A stretch of DNA of 64,000 nucleotides from Bugula neritina (Eukaryota; Animalia; Bryozoa), in contig OZ037771.1 in the NCBI GenBank assembly GCA_964035545.1, forward strand, positions 12,771,133-12,835,132, read 5' to 3'. Made by a program: the position numbers and the translations under genes. The notes beneath the pieces are model-generated. The model worked only from the letters and a program-made list of their open reading frames with translations, did not search any database and was not told the origin of the DNA. Positions 28,201-41,432 of this stretch are shown here, piece after piece. Positions within the stretch are counted from its first letter, which is position 1; each line of letters starts with the position of its first letter.

Positions 28201-31200
28201 CGACTATAAACTTGAGTGAGATTTTTTTCAAATCTCAACAAATACTTAGTACAATCTATGAAATTTGTAGATACCGATTTAAAAAATAATCCTTGTTGCA
28301 AAGACATGAAAACTACTTATATTTTGTATAATTGACATTTCTCAGCTGATCAGTTGTGGATACAATTGTGACATTAATTAATTATTTTTGCCAAGTTCAA
28401 TTGGTGAGGAGCTAGCTGCTGTTTGGAGTTATGCTGTCGGGTTTTATTTAACCAACAAGTGTTGGTAACCTAATTGGGCAAAATACATTTGATTGTTAAA
28501 GGTAGTTGACCAAAAATCATATCATACAGTTGATATTTTTACTTACCTTTCCAGTCTGTTTGTTTGTACTCGATATATCTAGAAAAATTGCCAGTTTGAT
28601 TAAAAGTAAAATAAAAATATAATAATTAAGCATAGTATTATTAGTTTTGTAGATGACATGAATTGAGTTGTTTTTAGTTATTAAAATTATTCAACACCTT
28701 TTTTTGCATAAAATCTTGTTTTATGTTTCATTGAATATTTTAGCCACTCTTACCTATAGCATATCAAATCTGCCAACAGACAGTTGGGAATTTACTTAGC
28801 TTTAGAACTTACCGAATATCTTCACAGTGGGCTTGTAACCTCCTCCCCCTATTCTTCTCCTATGAACTACCAGGAATCCTCTAAAATTGCTGATGTTATC
28901 TTGAGCTGGGGAATAGTTGCTGTAGTCTCTAAAAGGATTAAAATAGAATAGTTGTTGTCCAGTTTGAGAATTTGAACAGAAAAAAAATTATCTTTGATTA
29001 CTAATGTTGCACATTATAATTTTGGTTACATATTCCAGTTTTACTCTTTGCACAACAAAGTCTAACAAATGTTAATTTCTAGGTAATCCTCCAGATATTT
29101 AAGGAAACATTGTGCTAGTTTTTAGTTGTCTTTTTAACAAGTTCTAAAATTGCTGGCACACATCGAAACGTTTCATCACAATGTTATTGCCACAAGTTAT
29201 AATGGAAAAACACCTTTTTTTATATAGCATTCACACAATTCCAAAAACAAAACTTATACGTATTTCAAAATCACATAGAAAAAACCTACTTTCTTTATAG
29301 AATGTAAAATACTCTCTCAGAACCCAAGTTTACCTAACTTCAATTTTTCAATGCGTAGTTGAATTTTTGACCTCACAAATAACTAGTTCGACGAAAAAAT
29401 TTCAGGATACTAAAGTAGTACAAGCATGCATTAGTTAGTGGAGTATGATGGCCTACACTGTGATAGCAGATTGTGAGTTGTTAAAGTCGTCAGTTATGTT
29501 ACCCTGACTCCCCCAAACAAGAGTTGGCTGTCCGGATGCCGTCAGCTTCACATAAGAATCTAAAGGTATCACATATTCGCTATCTGCCCCGTCATCTCTC
29601 GTCTTCTCTATAGTCACCAGGGAAGCTGTGTCAGACAGAAAACATGTTTCTTACAGAAATATTTTTAAACACGCATAACAATTATTATTGCAATCTGTTT
29701 TAATATTGAATTTGTAAGATAAGCTCGATGTGGGAATAATTTGCCTCTGGAATTAGCTTCTTCTTAATAACGTTTTAATTTTTAAGTGAGTCATTTTGGG
29801 ATGCAAAGTACATAAAACCATTTAATAAAAGTAAATATCATTTGCACAATCAACATTTAGTTTCTTATCTCATTTTATCTGCTAGCTGTATATGTAGCAT
29901 TATTGGGGAAATATAATTTGGTAAGAATACCAAGTGTATCAAGTATATCAAGTATATCAAGTGTATACCAAGTATATCAAGCATATGTCAAGTATATCAA
30001 GTAACATAATCTCGGTAGTTAATGATAACAAGAGAATAATCAAGTGCAGCAATGTTACACTTAAAATCACTATTTGGATGATTTCAGAATTATTCTATAT
30101 ATATTTTTAAACATTATCACAATACGATGATGACATAATTATCACAATCAAAGCTGACCTCCACTGGCTGCATCCAGACCAGAATGACACAAGTGACCGA
30201 GTGAGATGGGAAGTCTGGTTCACCTGGGGGTTAGGCAAAAGTCCGCCAACCAATCAGGAATTGGCGGAGAAAGGTGAGAAAAGTGAGAAACTATGCGATG
30301 ATGAGTCATGACTCACCAGTAAACTCTTTGTTCTCAAGTCTTGCTAGTTGTGGTGGCAGCGTATCCGTGGGGGCGAGCAGCTTGCTGCAGTATGAACTGG
30401 CAGCATTCCAGTCCAATGTGTTGCTGACTGGTATGTGGTAACACATTCCCACTGTTAGCTGGTCATTAACTTCTGCAAGGTATGTGAGGACAACTCTTTT
30501 AGTCTATACCGTAGGTGTTTACTGCTTAGTATGGTATATAAGTAATAATTTACCTACGTAAATAATCGATCACTCAGTCAGGCTAAACAGTAATGCATGG
30601 TATTAATTTATCTCTAATAATATTATAAATCGTTGTACTAACTAATAGGTTTTATGATGTAATGTAGTATAAAGATATAAACATATATGATCTAAAAACT
30701 AAGCAAGTAAAGTAAGATTTAAGGTATATTAGTGAAAGAATAAAAAGTGCTTTTAATGCTAATTAAACAATTCATTCCAAGATTCGGATATAGATGCAAT
30801 ATTTCCTGTTGCTGAGGAGACATTTGAGTGTAACTTTAAAGTTGTGCGCTCATGTTCATGTTAGCTATGCCCAAAATACTATGCACTAATGTTTAATGTA
30901 ACAACAACAACAACACACACATGTGCACGCACGCACGCACGCACACACGCACGAATATTTAGTGTCAATAATATATGAGCATTACAAGCTATTAATATAG
31001 GTCATAACATCTTTTGGCAAGGCAAAAATATCATAAAGTATTAGATTAAAACTTTATACAAGGTATACCAGTTTTGCTACTGACCTATGGGAAACCAGCC
31101 CTGATTGGTTGACACCATCTCATTACAGTTAAAGGTGAACTCTTTCACAATTTTCTTATCTTCTCCTATTGGTTAAACAAAATAGTTTATGCTCTGCTAT

Positions 31201-32420
31201 TGGTTAAGTAAAGCAATTCTTATATAATCTAGCCAATAGGACAAGTTTTATAAAAACTTACTCAACTGGACAATAATATTTTACGATAAATGAAAATATT
31301 GCGCTTAAATTCAGCTATAATTGTGTATATCTTGTAAAGGGATTTATAGATACATGTGTAATAGTACAACCACATATTATATTATCCTACATACTACATT
31401 ACATTAGTATTACCCTATGCTATTCTAATACTTTTACACTACACGTATGTTTTATCATAGTGGACACATAGTATCAGAATTATATTATATTATATTATAT
31501 TATATTATATTATGTTATGTTATATTATATTACATTATGCTATGTTATGTTATATTATATTATATTATGCTATGTTATATTATATTATATTATACTATAT
31601 TATATTATATTATATTATATCATATATTATGTTATACTATATTATATTATATTACATTATGCTATGCTATGTTATGTTATATTATATTATATTATATTAT
31701 ATCTTATATTATGTTATACTATATTATATTATGTTATGTTATATTATATTGTAATATATCATATTATATCATATTATATAATTTCCTGCAACTGCAATTT
31801 GGTGGTTAAAGCACTGGCCTATAGCTTCTAAAAGTCCGGTTATGGGTTTGAATCCCCACAAAGTTATTGTGGTGCCAGGAAGAGTATCCACATCATAATC
31901 TCTCCTGTGTCACACTAAACACACTCCTTAGACAATAATAAGAGCCTCATCAGGGGTTCTTACGGGTGAGTGAGTGAGTTTTTAAAATATTATACTAATT
32001 TAATAATATATTAATATACTATAATATTAATTACATTATACTAAAATATATTTTACTAGCTGGTATGATACAATATTATACCAAGTCTAATTACTAATGC
32101 GTTACACGTTTTCATGCCTGTGGTATGTAATAATAAATCCATCAATCAATATTACATTATTGTACGACAAGTAGCTTCTATAGCATTGTAAAAATGTTCC
32201 TTTTTATACTGAATTTTATTATATAATTGTAATATAATAAAATACTATTAAATAATATGTTATTTTTATACCTAATATTGTACATATAAAATTTCAAGTT
32301 GCACATTAAACAACAAGAGAAATGAAGTTTCACTAGCAAAACCTGACCTGTGGACTCAACAATGTCACCACTAGCAACTTGGAAAAGCTTCAGAATGCCT
32401 AACACCAAGAGTTTAAACAT
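22241..32420 (-). CDS. Type-I membrane protein: signal peptide, divergent C-type-lectin-like domain, four EGF-like repeats, TM and ~85-aa cytoplasmic tail
   Basis: Phase-consistent exons: 32420-32348 ([18 protein letters not shown]), 31165-31085, 30472-30317 ([20 protein letters not shown]), 29625-29457, 28928-28813, 28578-28547, unresolved exon(s) at ~27.5-27.9 kb, 26710-26605, 25739-25560 ([12 protein letters not shown]), 25206-25046, 24467-24372 ([16 protein letters not shown]), 23613-23514 ([12 protein letters not shown]), 23042-22870 ([19 protein letters not shown]) and 22461-22241. Confidence 0.85.
22644..22847 (+). mobile_element. tRNA(Thr-like)-derived SINE, copy 1
   Basis: A box TGGTCTAGGGG, CTAGTAAACA anticodon-like loop, B box GGTTCGAACC and GAGT tail. 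Flanked by the 11-bp direct repeat TATAATATATG. Confidence 0.9.
23742..24002 (+). mobile_element. tRNA-derived SINE, copy 2, with ~45-nt 3' extension
   Basis: Same family as 22644. Flanked by the 18-bp direct repeat ATACC(T/C)TGGCTCGCTAAT (23724-23741 and 24003-24020). Confidence 0.9.
24222..24365. repeat. ~50-bp intronic minisatellite, ~3 copies
   Basis: TAGTTATTATCTCACCCTACCTCTATGTACTGTACACTCTCTCACTTACTATT-like unit repeated. Confidence 0.8.
25243..25505. repeat. (ATCT)n/(ATCTGTCT)n microsatellite
   Basis: Seen directly in the sequence. Confidence 0.95.
26466..26538 (-). pseudogene. tRNA-Ala(TGC)-like pseudogene or SINE head
   Basis: The minus strand reads GTTCCTGTGGGGTAATTGGTTAGCACACCTGCTTGCAAGCTGGAGGTCTCGGGTTCGAATCCCATAAGGGG. 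It has A/B boxes and a TGC anticodon, but the stems are mismatched. Confidence 0.7.
28014..28229 (+). mobile_element. tRNA-derived SINE, copy 3
   Basis: Same family. Flanked by the 12-bp direct repeat AAATCT(T/C)AACAA. Confidence 0.9.
31478..31780. repeat. (TATTA/TATGT)n pentanucleotide microsatellite (a smaller one lies at 26880-27010)
   Basis: Seen directly in the sequence. Confidence 0.95.
31793..31980 (+). mobile_element. Diverged copy of the tRNA-derived SINE family
   Basis: GGTTAAAGC..GGGTTTGAATCCC..CAGGAAGAGTATCC..TCATAAT..CTCCTGTG..CATCAGGGGTT..(GAGT)3 tail. Confidence 0.75.
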
Positions 32421-32694
32421 TTCTCTTGTAAAAACACAGCAAGTTTTAGAGTTTAGCAAAACCATGATTATTTGTATGAAGGAAGCAACAAAGAGCAAAG
32501 CATTGAGTGTGACACGACGACGAGGATATTCCCTTCTTTGATAATAACATTGAGTTGTCTCCTCTAGTAACATATTACACATGTTTATCCTGATGCTTAT
32601 TCTGCCTATCTGATAGAGTTTGTAATGGTTCCATGTCAAGAATGTTCCATTTCTGCTTTTTTTGAATTTGCATCATATAAAATAAATTTGTATA

Positions 32695-32751
32695 ATATAT
32701 ATATATATATATATAAATATATATATATATATCTCAATCTATGGACAGCAG

Positions 32752-32835
<84 letters not shown>

Positions 32836-32861
32836 GTATATATATATGTATATATATATAC

Positions 32862-32919
<58 letters not shown>

Positions 32920-32947
32920 GTATATATATATGTATATATATATATAC

Positions 32948-33026
<79 letters not shown>

Positions 33027-33027
33027 C

Positions 33028-33070
<43 letters not shown>
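32695..33070. repeat. (TA)n microsatellite between two divergently oriented genes
   Basis: Seen directly. An interrupted block (TATTTATATATGTATA...) is duplicated at ~32825 and ~32908. Confidence 0.97.
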
Positions 33071-34164
33071 ATGTGTATATAGTATATGTAGTAGATTTGC
33101 AGTTATCAGTAATAAAACATGGTTTATTAGCATTCTGGAATAAAAAAAACATAAATCTTATATAAGATATAAAATATATAATATATAAATTGCTCAAAAA
33201 GTTGCACATAACATAACAGGTACTGATGGCAGGTTGCTTTCTGTATCTTATAGCAGTACGTAGCTCACGTTATGTGGCATTAAATAAAACATCATAGCTC
33301 TTCCCATAGCTTCCCATGAAGCCTTCCATATTAGTTCCATGCTAATAACTAAATGTTGATTTTATGTGGGATATGTGAAACTGTAGACTATATTAAGCCC
33401 CTAAATTATGACAAATATTGTTTTTAATTTCAATAGGCTATGTTGTTTAGCAGTTTTCTTCTAAGATATGTAAATAGTGTCACCAGCCTTATGTCACCTT
33501 CAAATAAGCTAGGCTAAATATTTGATTATCAAATTTGATAATAAATGTGCAAGGAGTGGATCGTAATGCACCCTATTTTATAAGCTGTTCTTTTAGCTTA
33601 TATAATTACTACATTTTTGAAATACTTAGACTTTTGCTATGATTATGAGTTTAGACTATGGTTTGTCTAGAAATTCTGGTCATCAATAGAACTTAAATTA
33701 TAGCTTTGTTTAAATATTATTTATTTATTGGCATTTCTTTCAATACTAAACATGTTGGTGTAAATTCAGTTGAAGACTATTTTGAATAAACTCCAGTTTC
33801 ATAAGAGTATGTTATGTAGTCAGCTGAGGGGGGGGGGGAGGGGTCATTGACATACACCTCACAGCTGTATTTGTATGTTTGTCCTGTGATGAACCAATAT
33901 ATGAACAGATAAACAAGATAAAGGAGCTTGTAATCTCTCCGTGGTAAACAGCTGTAAACAGTTGCTGAGAGAGTTAATTCATTCAGTTGACTCAAGAGAC
34001 TCTGGACGCTACTGGAGATTTGCTATTTCTATGTTGGAAGATATGGTGTGAAACATCAAAAGAAGGCAGTAAACACTAAAAATAGGCAGTAGAAGCTAAA
34101 AAGAGGCAGTGAAACACTAAAAAGAGGCAGAAGACACCAAAAAGAGGTTCATAGATTGTGAGCC

Positions 34165-37100
34165 ATGGACGAGAGTGCAAAGTATATGGACGAGAATATG
34201 AATAGGCACGGTGGAACCGAGATGGAACAATCTCTAGGAGATTCGCAGACAGTTGACGAAAAGTTATCTCACAGACGTTCCTCAACAGGAAGTCAAATAT
34301 TGACTAAGAAACAAAAGATCTTACGAATTGTAGCCTTACTATTTTCGCAGATCTGTGTGCTCTCAGGCTATTCAATGATCTCTCCCTTTTTCCCACAAGA
34401 AGCTAAGTCCGTAGGTCTCACTCAAACGGAAGTTGGAGTAATCTTCTCTATTTTCGCAGCCGTCACATTCATCATGTCACCGATATATGGAGTTGCGGTA
34501 AGCATGCTCAACGCTATCCTATCGAGGGAGGTGCAGTAATAGGGAAATTGAAAAAAGCCTGTGTTCTAGATTAGAACTGTAGCATAAGAAGTTATGTTAA
34601 TTTCAACCCTCGCCCCAAATCAAAATTGATTATAAAATTAAAGAACTTAGGCTATCTCAATTTCTCCACTACTACTCCTAAATGATTATATCTGTAAGCA
34701 TGCTCAATATGTACTTTACAGCAATTCTGTTTTGCCTCAAGCTCTTTCAAATTAACTTTAAAAATGATGAAATATAGGTGATCATTGCTGCCATCAATTT
34801 ACTAGTCATGCTTTCAGGGTCAATATAAACTATATAATGTAAGAAAACATAAATTTCGTGGCTAAGAGAAAGCCAGACGCAAAGTAAAGCATTAACTAAA
34901 CAAGTTTTCTTTTTCTTGTTACAATCTTTACAGTTTAACCAGGCACATAATGACTAGATTATAAGACAATGACCAATATTCGCTCTTATTGAGATTTTCT
35001 GCATATAGATTGGTGGGAATAAGTACTGTGTAAGTCTATATTTATGTAATTTATTGCTATACGCAAACTCAGCCTTACATATAAATAAAATACATTTCCA
35101 AAAGACCTACAGCCATGATTATGTAATAATATTTGTTTCTGAAAATGCAATTAATTTCAGAATTCGCTGTATTTATGTAGATTGTGCGACTGGGGCCAAA
35201 GTTCATGTGTGTTGCTGGTTGTTTCCTGTGTGGAGGAGCTAGTCTTCTCTTTGGGTAAGTATATGTATATAACATTATATACTATGTAATATGTATATTA
35301 TACTATTTAGGTAAAAATTTTACTATGTGTATGTATATATTTATGTAAGTTGATTTATTGATTTATTACATATCAGAGACATGAAAACATGTTACAAAAT
35401 TCAGTGTAACTACTGGCTATAATAAGTAGACATAAACAAAATTGGAAAAAAGTCAAAACTCTGTTAGATTAGTTAAAGTAAAAGAGATCATTTAAAGTAT
35501 TTACAAGGTGTCATAGGTACATTATGCATTATTTCTTGTCATATAAATAGTAATATGGATGAGTTTGTATCTCAGTATTCCAGAATTTATGAACTTTGGT
35601 TGCATTTAGCTGAAGTTCTAGAAAACAAAACTGTGGTGTCAATGGCTTTATTGTGAAAGCAGTAATTATGTAATAATTCCACTAACTTCTGTTATGTAAT
35701 CTTATATTATAAACTGAACAGTATTGTCATAATTCAATAGTAATCAAACAATGATGTCTGTGGTTATGTCATAATTATATTTTATGGATGTAGTTCTCAA
35801 TTTTAGTCAGTCAGTGTTTATTGTGTGTTGGATAAGCATGTTAAAAACCACAATTGAGAGAAATATTCCAAGTACAAGAACAGTGTTTCATGATATGCTA
35901 AAAATAGCTCATAATCTTGCATGCAACTACTCCTTTGACCTGTAGAATACATTATTATTTTTTTGCTCATTTATCATCATTATAATATTTCAAATAGCTC
36001 TTGTAGCTGATTTCATCACAAAATCCTGACAGAATTTTGAAGCTAGTTGCCTGTCGACTCAAATTTCAGCTCATCATTGGAAACATAAAATATTATTTTA
36101 TCAAGTTTGGGTTTAGAACGATTTTTTCACAAACTTCAAGTTACTTAAAGTGAGTTAAGCATTGTGGAGAATATAGATTGTCAAACACCATACTTATGAT
36201 TGTAAGAATGTTGAAATAAAATCATGATAACATTTGAGAAGACGCTGTAATCACGATGTAATAAGCACTAGTTGAACTGTATTATTGCATCTGAACCTTC
36301 CTTATCATTGTATGACACTAGGATACGATATAATACCTAGAATACCTACGAAATATACAATTGTTCTGTTTTCTATAACAAATCTTCAACGCTGATAAAA
36401 ATATTATTTGGCATATATTACAATTGAGAGTTTACTATCTTATCTATTGGTATTGTCTAGAAGACTTGGTGTCATAATGTATCTCAATCTTCTTCCACTA
36501 CATACCTATTCCTCTATCAGCTCAAATATCAGAATGTCACGGGTAACTTTGAAATATTAAAGGCAAATTACATTTAAGCGAAGATGATTTGTAAACTTCT
36601 TTCATGAGATTGATAGGGAGAGCAGTTCCTTGAGTGGAAAGCTTTTGATTCTGAAAGTTTTATGTTAAACATTGGTGCTGTTAGGCTTAAAATGAGAGCC
36701 CTTAAGTTTGTACTTGACTATAGTAATAAATTTGTTATATATTCACATAAAATGCTGCCTGGTGTGATGCCAAGTATGTATATGTGTGCAATTGTTTTGT
36801 ATAGTGGCGCTGTAGCCTATTGTGTTGTATTATATTATTTTGTTGCGTTGTATTTTACAGTAGTCTATGTTGTAGCATTGTACTACAAATTATTATTATA
36901 TTTTAATGTTTTGTATTGCATTGTATTGTGCTACATTGTATTGTATTTAATTGCACTACATTATATTTTACTGTTTTGTATTTTACTGCACTGCAACGCA
37001 TTGTATTTTATTGATTTGTATTGTATTGCACTGCAATATACCATAATGCATTGCAATATACCATAATGCATTGCAGTATAATATCATCAAGCTGGCCTAT

Positions 37101-40100
37101 TGCACCTATCCTAATTAGCTATTTAATAATTGCGCAACTTCTTTCCGTTTCAACTACTATACTGCAACTACTGCAGGTATATTCTATAATGCATAGGCAT
37201 ATTAGTTTGTTGAACACTAATTGCATGTTATATTCGTGCATTAAAGTTTCAAGTCAAACTTAAGAACTCAGTTAATAACTACCTCAATCTCTCAATACTT
37301 AAAACTCAACACTTGTGAATTCACTGTAGATATTTAGTGTGAATAATAATGTTCTACTATTTACTGTAGATTACTGAATTATATATCAGAGAAGGACGTA
37401 TTCTTTGTGCTAGCACTACTAATCCGAGTAGCCGAAGGAAACGGATCAGCCATGTTGAGTGTAGCCTCTGCTACAATGATTCTTGAAAGTTTTGAGTCGG
37501 CTACCGGTCTCATGTATGTAAGTGTTGCAGGCTACGGGTCTTAAGTTTGTAGGTATCACAGGCTATGATGCTGCTCAACTCTTTGAATAAGTTTCTTTTA
37601 AAGATTATTTATGACAAATATCTCCAGCAACTAAGTAGCTGTCATCAGACATCGGATGATGCAACACTTATACTTAGTCCTGCATTTCACAACATAGTTC
37701 TAGTGTAAATTTTCTTAATGTAAAGTTTAATTTCCAATCTACTTTAATTATTTAAAGAGAGAAAAACTTTTGTTTGGTTATGTTCCTGCATTCAGCATAA
37801 TTTCACAAGTGCCATAATATGCTGTATACTGTGTGTTTTTATAACCCTAATTTATATATTATGTTATAATGTAATCTACAATACAACTTTCGAATAACTA
37901 ATTATATAATATAATACACATGTAATATAATATAAAGTAAAATAGATAATATATACATGTGAGCCATGTTACTCTGTTCTGTGCTGATGAGGGGACAAAT
38001 CCTGAAACAGCTGTTGTCCACAAATTAAGATATATACATTATAATATATACATTATATATTATAATATATACATTATATACATCATTTAAAATTTTTACC
38101 ATTCCTTTGTATGTGTTTTTAGAGTTTGATAGAGATGTCAGTTGCTGTGGGCTACATTGGCGGGCCGGCCTTCGGGGCAGCCTTCTATGCTGTAAGTAGT
38201 TTATTGATTTCTTAGTCTTTCTGAGCCATGCCTGTGTTAAAGTGCAATACTTTGATATATAAATAACAGCTCTATTAAGGGAATGAAGTGTTGGAGTCAA
38301 GTTTACAAAATTATAAGTTATCAAAGTGAGCTGACGCTAAAACTCTTCAATTCTTTCTATTCGATTGCAAAAAATATGTTGAAAAGATTATTGTAGCTGT
38401 TTGCGCAGAGATTGTAGTTGTCTTCCCTTGTAGATTGGTGGATACTCTCTGCCCTTCATGGTGGTGGGAGGAATGACCTTAGCTATGTCCTTTGTACTTT
38501 TACTGGTGTTAACGAATGGTATGTGCCTGATATACTCTGTGTTATACTCTGCACTCTGTATGTGTTATACTCTGTACCTGTATAATTATGTTATACTCTA
38601 TATCTGTGTGTGTTTTATTCTGTACTTGTGTGTGTTATACTCTGTACCTGTATGTGTTATACTCTGTACCTGTATGTGTTATACTCTGTACTTGTGTTAT
38701 ACTCTGTACCTGTATGTGTTATACTCTGTACCTGTTGGGTTTCAGAGAAAGCGGAAGCACAGGCAGCCAACTTCCTGGCGCTGTTAAAGATACCGGGAAT
38801 TATGGTAATGTTCATGTTGTTTGTGCTCAGCTCGTTAACCATGACGTATTTAGACCCTGTACTGAGTGGCTGGATGGTAGACACAGTGAGTTGTGCAACA
38901 GTTTACTATTATTTTTAGACATGTATTTTTAACATAATATGTTATATCTAGTTGCTTTACTGCCTACTTGATATATACTTACTTACAGGCCTATATTATA
39001 TCTACATAACATATTACAATGTATGTTACAGTTCAGTATAACCACATCTACAGTTGGTCTGATCTTTGTCAGCTGGTCTGCTGCTTATGCCATTGTATCA
39101 CCATTAATTGGAAAGCTTGTTGATAAGGTAACTCCAAATAAATTCCCTAATTTCCCCTCTCTATCCTTCTTCCCCCCTTTCCTAGCTCCCCTTTCTCTCT
39201 CTTATACTAGTCGGATATGCGAATATGTTCTAATGTATACTTTACAACAAATTTTTTATTCAATCAGAAATTAATGAATTATGAATTGTTGACGATAGTT
39301 GTCCAGAGCTAGAAAAAAATCTTCCATCACATTCTCCCTAACAGTTGAATTTAACACACAATCATTAGTCTCATACTGCAAAGATGTACAATAACATAGT
39401 ACATTGTCTAGAACTCTAAAACCAAAAAATGCCAGGCTAGAGCACGGTTATTAAACTATTTATAACCCAAAACACCTGCAACTACATGTATAGTGTGAAC
39501 TGCTTTATGATGTTGAATATCGGTCTTTGTCTACACATTTTAGGGTTATGTCTTCTCAATTATGATGTTTGGAGTTTTCTCTAGTGCAATCGTCTTCCTT
39601 TTCATGGCACCTTCACCGCTGTTAGACTTCATTTTTCATAAACAAACGTGAGTTGTACCAGACTACTTAATCGTACTGTAACAGAAATATTCTATTATTA
39701 CCCAATCCTTCTTTTAAATAATATATTGCAGACGGATGTGTTAATGATAAGTAATGACTGGCTTTTACTTGCAATGAGTTACTGTAAAATGTTGAATTCA
39801 ACAAAATTTAAGTAAAGTTTAAGTTGCAAAACTCGTATTAAAAGTATTTGTGAATTTGTCTGAGCAGATGATTCCTAAAAGCTCAAAATACCTGTTTCTG
39901 TTAGCAGTTGGTATTGTAACTGAAGCGTTGCATCATAACTGTCTTAATAAAAAAGTTAATGCATGCATTAATATATATTTTAATTGTAGATATTTATGGC
40001 TGGTTGTAATTGTGTGCGTACTAGAAGGCATTTCTGGGGCATTTATGTACATCCCCTGTTACCAAGCAGCAATAAACATAGCTGGGTGAGCGGTCTCTGT

Positions 40101-41349
40101 CAAAATTCTATCAGATATGCCATCACATAGCCTTATTTCGGACTTGCATAAAACTACTAACAAATCGCTTACGAGTTGGAAAATGCAGATGAGAATAAGT
40201 CCTTCTGTTTCTTTCGAGTGCCAAAAGTGTTGGTAATTCACAGCTTACAATGAGCACCTCTACAATGATTGTTGGTTTTTAAAGTTTTTTCACTCGAGAT
40301 TTTAATTTATCAGATCATAAAAAACAGTGCTGCTAGCGTCTTAGACTACTTCAAAAGTTGGGGCTGGCTTTAATATTTTGTGCTACACTTCTTTGCAGAG
40401 TCAATGGGTATAAACAGAATGTCCAAACTTATGGTTTAGTTTCTGGCATGATGAACTCAGGCTATGCCCTGGGCTCGCTAGCTGGACCTCTCCTCTCAGG
40501 CTATCTCACTGACAAGTATACGTTCAAGTGGGCCACAACAGTCATGACTTTCGTACTCATGGGAATGGTAGGCAACCAACGCACTTTGCAAACGTCAATC
40601 AGTTTACTCTGTTAATTAGCTTAACTCGCTTTAACATAGTTGAAAGAAGTCTGTAATTCTTGCTAATATGTATATCTAGATGAACGTAGCTCTAAGCATT
40701 TAGATGCAATAACGGAGAAATTTTAATAGTATCAGTTCCTTAATTGTCTATGCAAATTTTTATTTAAGACGCGGGTTGAAATAACAGTCTTAATTACAAC
40801 TAAACTAATTTGTAACTTTCTATAAAGTAGTAGAAAGGTAAAGCATAGATTATAGTGCTTTAATGCTTGGAATTGCTTTTAGTTCATAGATACATGTCCT
40901 AGCAAATCTACTGATATAGTTGTTCCTCATAATTTCTTCAACTGAATGGGTATTTTTGAACAGACTGGCAAAGCCTCTAAAACACTAGCTATATCACAGT
41001 CAGTGTGTCTTACTAGACACAATTAATTACTGCTGTAAAAGATTTCCTGAATGCCAAATGATTATAGAAAAAGCACTTTATAAAGAGGCTATAATTTTCC
41101 CTATCAGTAGCAAGGAAGTTGACACCTTTTGCCAGTGCCTGTCTTATGCCCTACTGCCCCATGCATGGCATTACAGGAATTGGCACACTTGACCAGTGAC
41201 ACATGGAATATATTATATGTTGTAATGTTATTCAGGGTGTGGTATTGGCTATATATGTGACAATCATGAAGGTGACGAGAAGACCCCTTTCTCTACCTCC
41301 AGAGCAAGAAACTAAACCGTTATTGAGTAACCCAATCAACCAATCATAA
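34165..41349 (+). CDS. SLC18B1: MFS-type transporter, SLC18B1-like (11 coding exons)
   Basis: Phase-consistent exons: 34165-34497, 35181-35254, 37370-37517, 38123-38191, 38434-38518, 38746-38885, 39032-39127, 39544-39647, 39990-40085, 40399-40567 and 41236-41349. Motifs: YSMISPFFPQEA, GPKFM, IRVAEG, GGYSLPF, LLKIP, PLIGKLVDK and TYGLVSGM..GSLAGP. It is a family member; strict orthology is not shown. Confidence 0.9.
37980..38022 (+). ncRNA. Minimal type-I hammerhead ribozyme motif (intron 3 of the transporter)
   Basis: TGTG-CTGATGA-GGGG ACAAA TCCT-GAA-ACAGC T GTTGT-C-CACA. The core is intact, stem I is TGTG/CACA, the cleavage triplet is GTC, and stem III has a 1-nt loop. Confidence 0.7.
38530..38733. 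repeat. 22-bp minisatellite (TGTATGTGTTATACTCTGTACC) filling an intron
   Basis: About 9 imperfect copies. Confidence 0.9.
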
Positions 41350-41432
41350 GGCGCCACAGGCACTTTCTCAAACTAATACAACTCATCTCTTTTATTCCAT
41401 GTTGTAACACATTATGTAAGAGGTCAAGGGGT

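Noticed and set aside
30159-30223. Extra exon of the lectin/EGF gene (also 31262-31314)
   Set aside because: Splice-like sites are present, but inclusion breaks the phase or introduces a stop. The flanking exons join cleanly without them.
31447-33209. ORFs rich in Y/I/L/C (also at 25214-25526, 26794-27024, 36662-37066, 38588-38932 and 58795-59151)
   Set aside because: They are translations of micro- and minisatellites.
35380-36780. Old CR1/L2-like LINE fragments in transporter intron 2
   Set aside because: The resemblance is faint and too degenerate to support without a database search.
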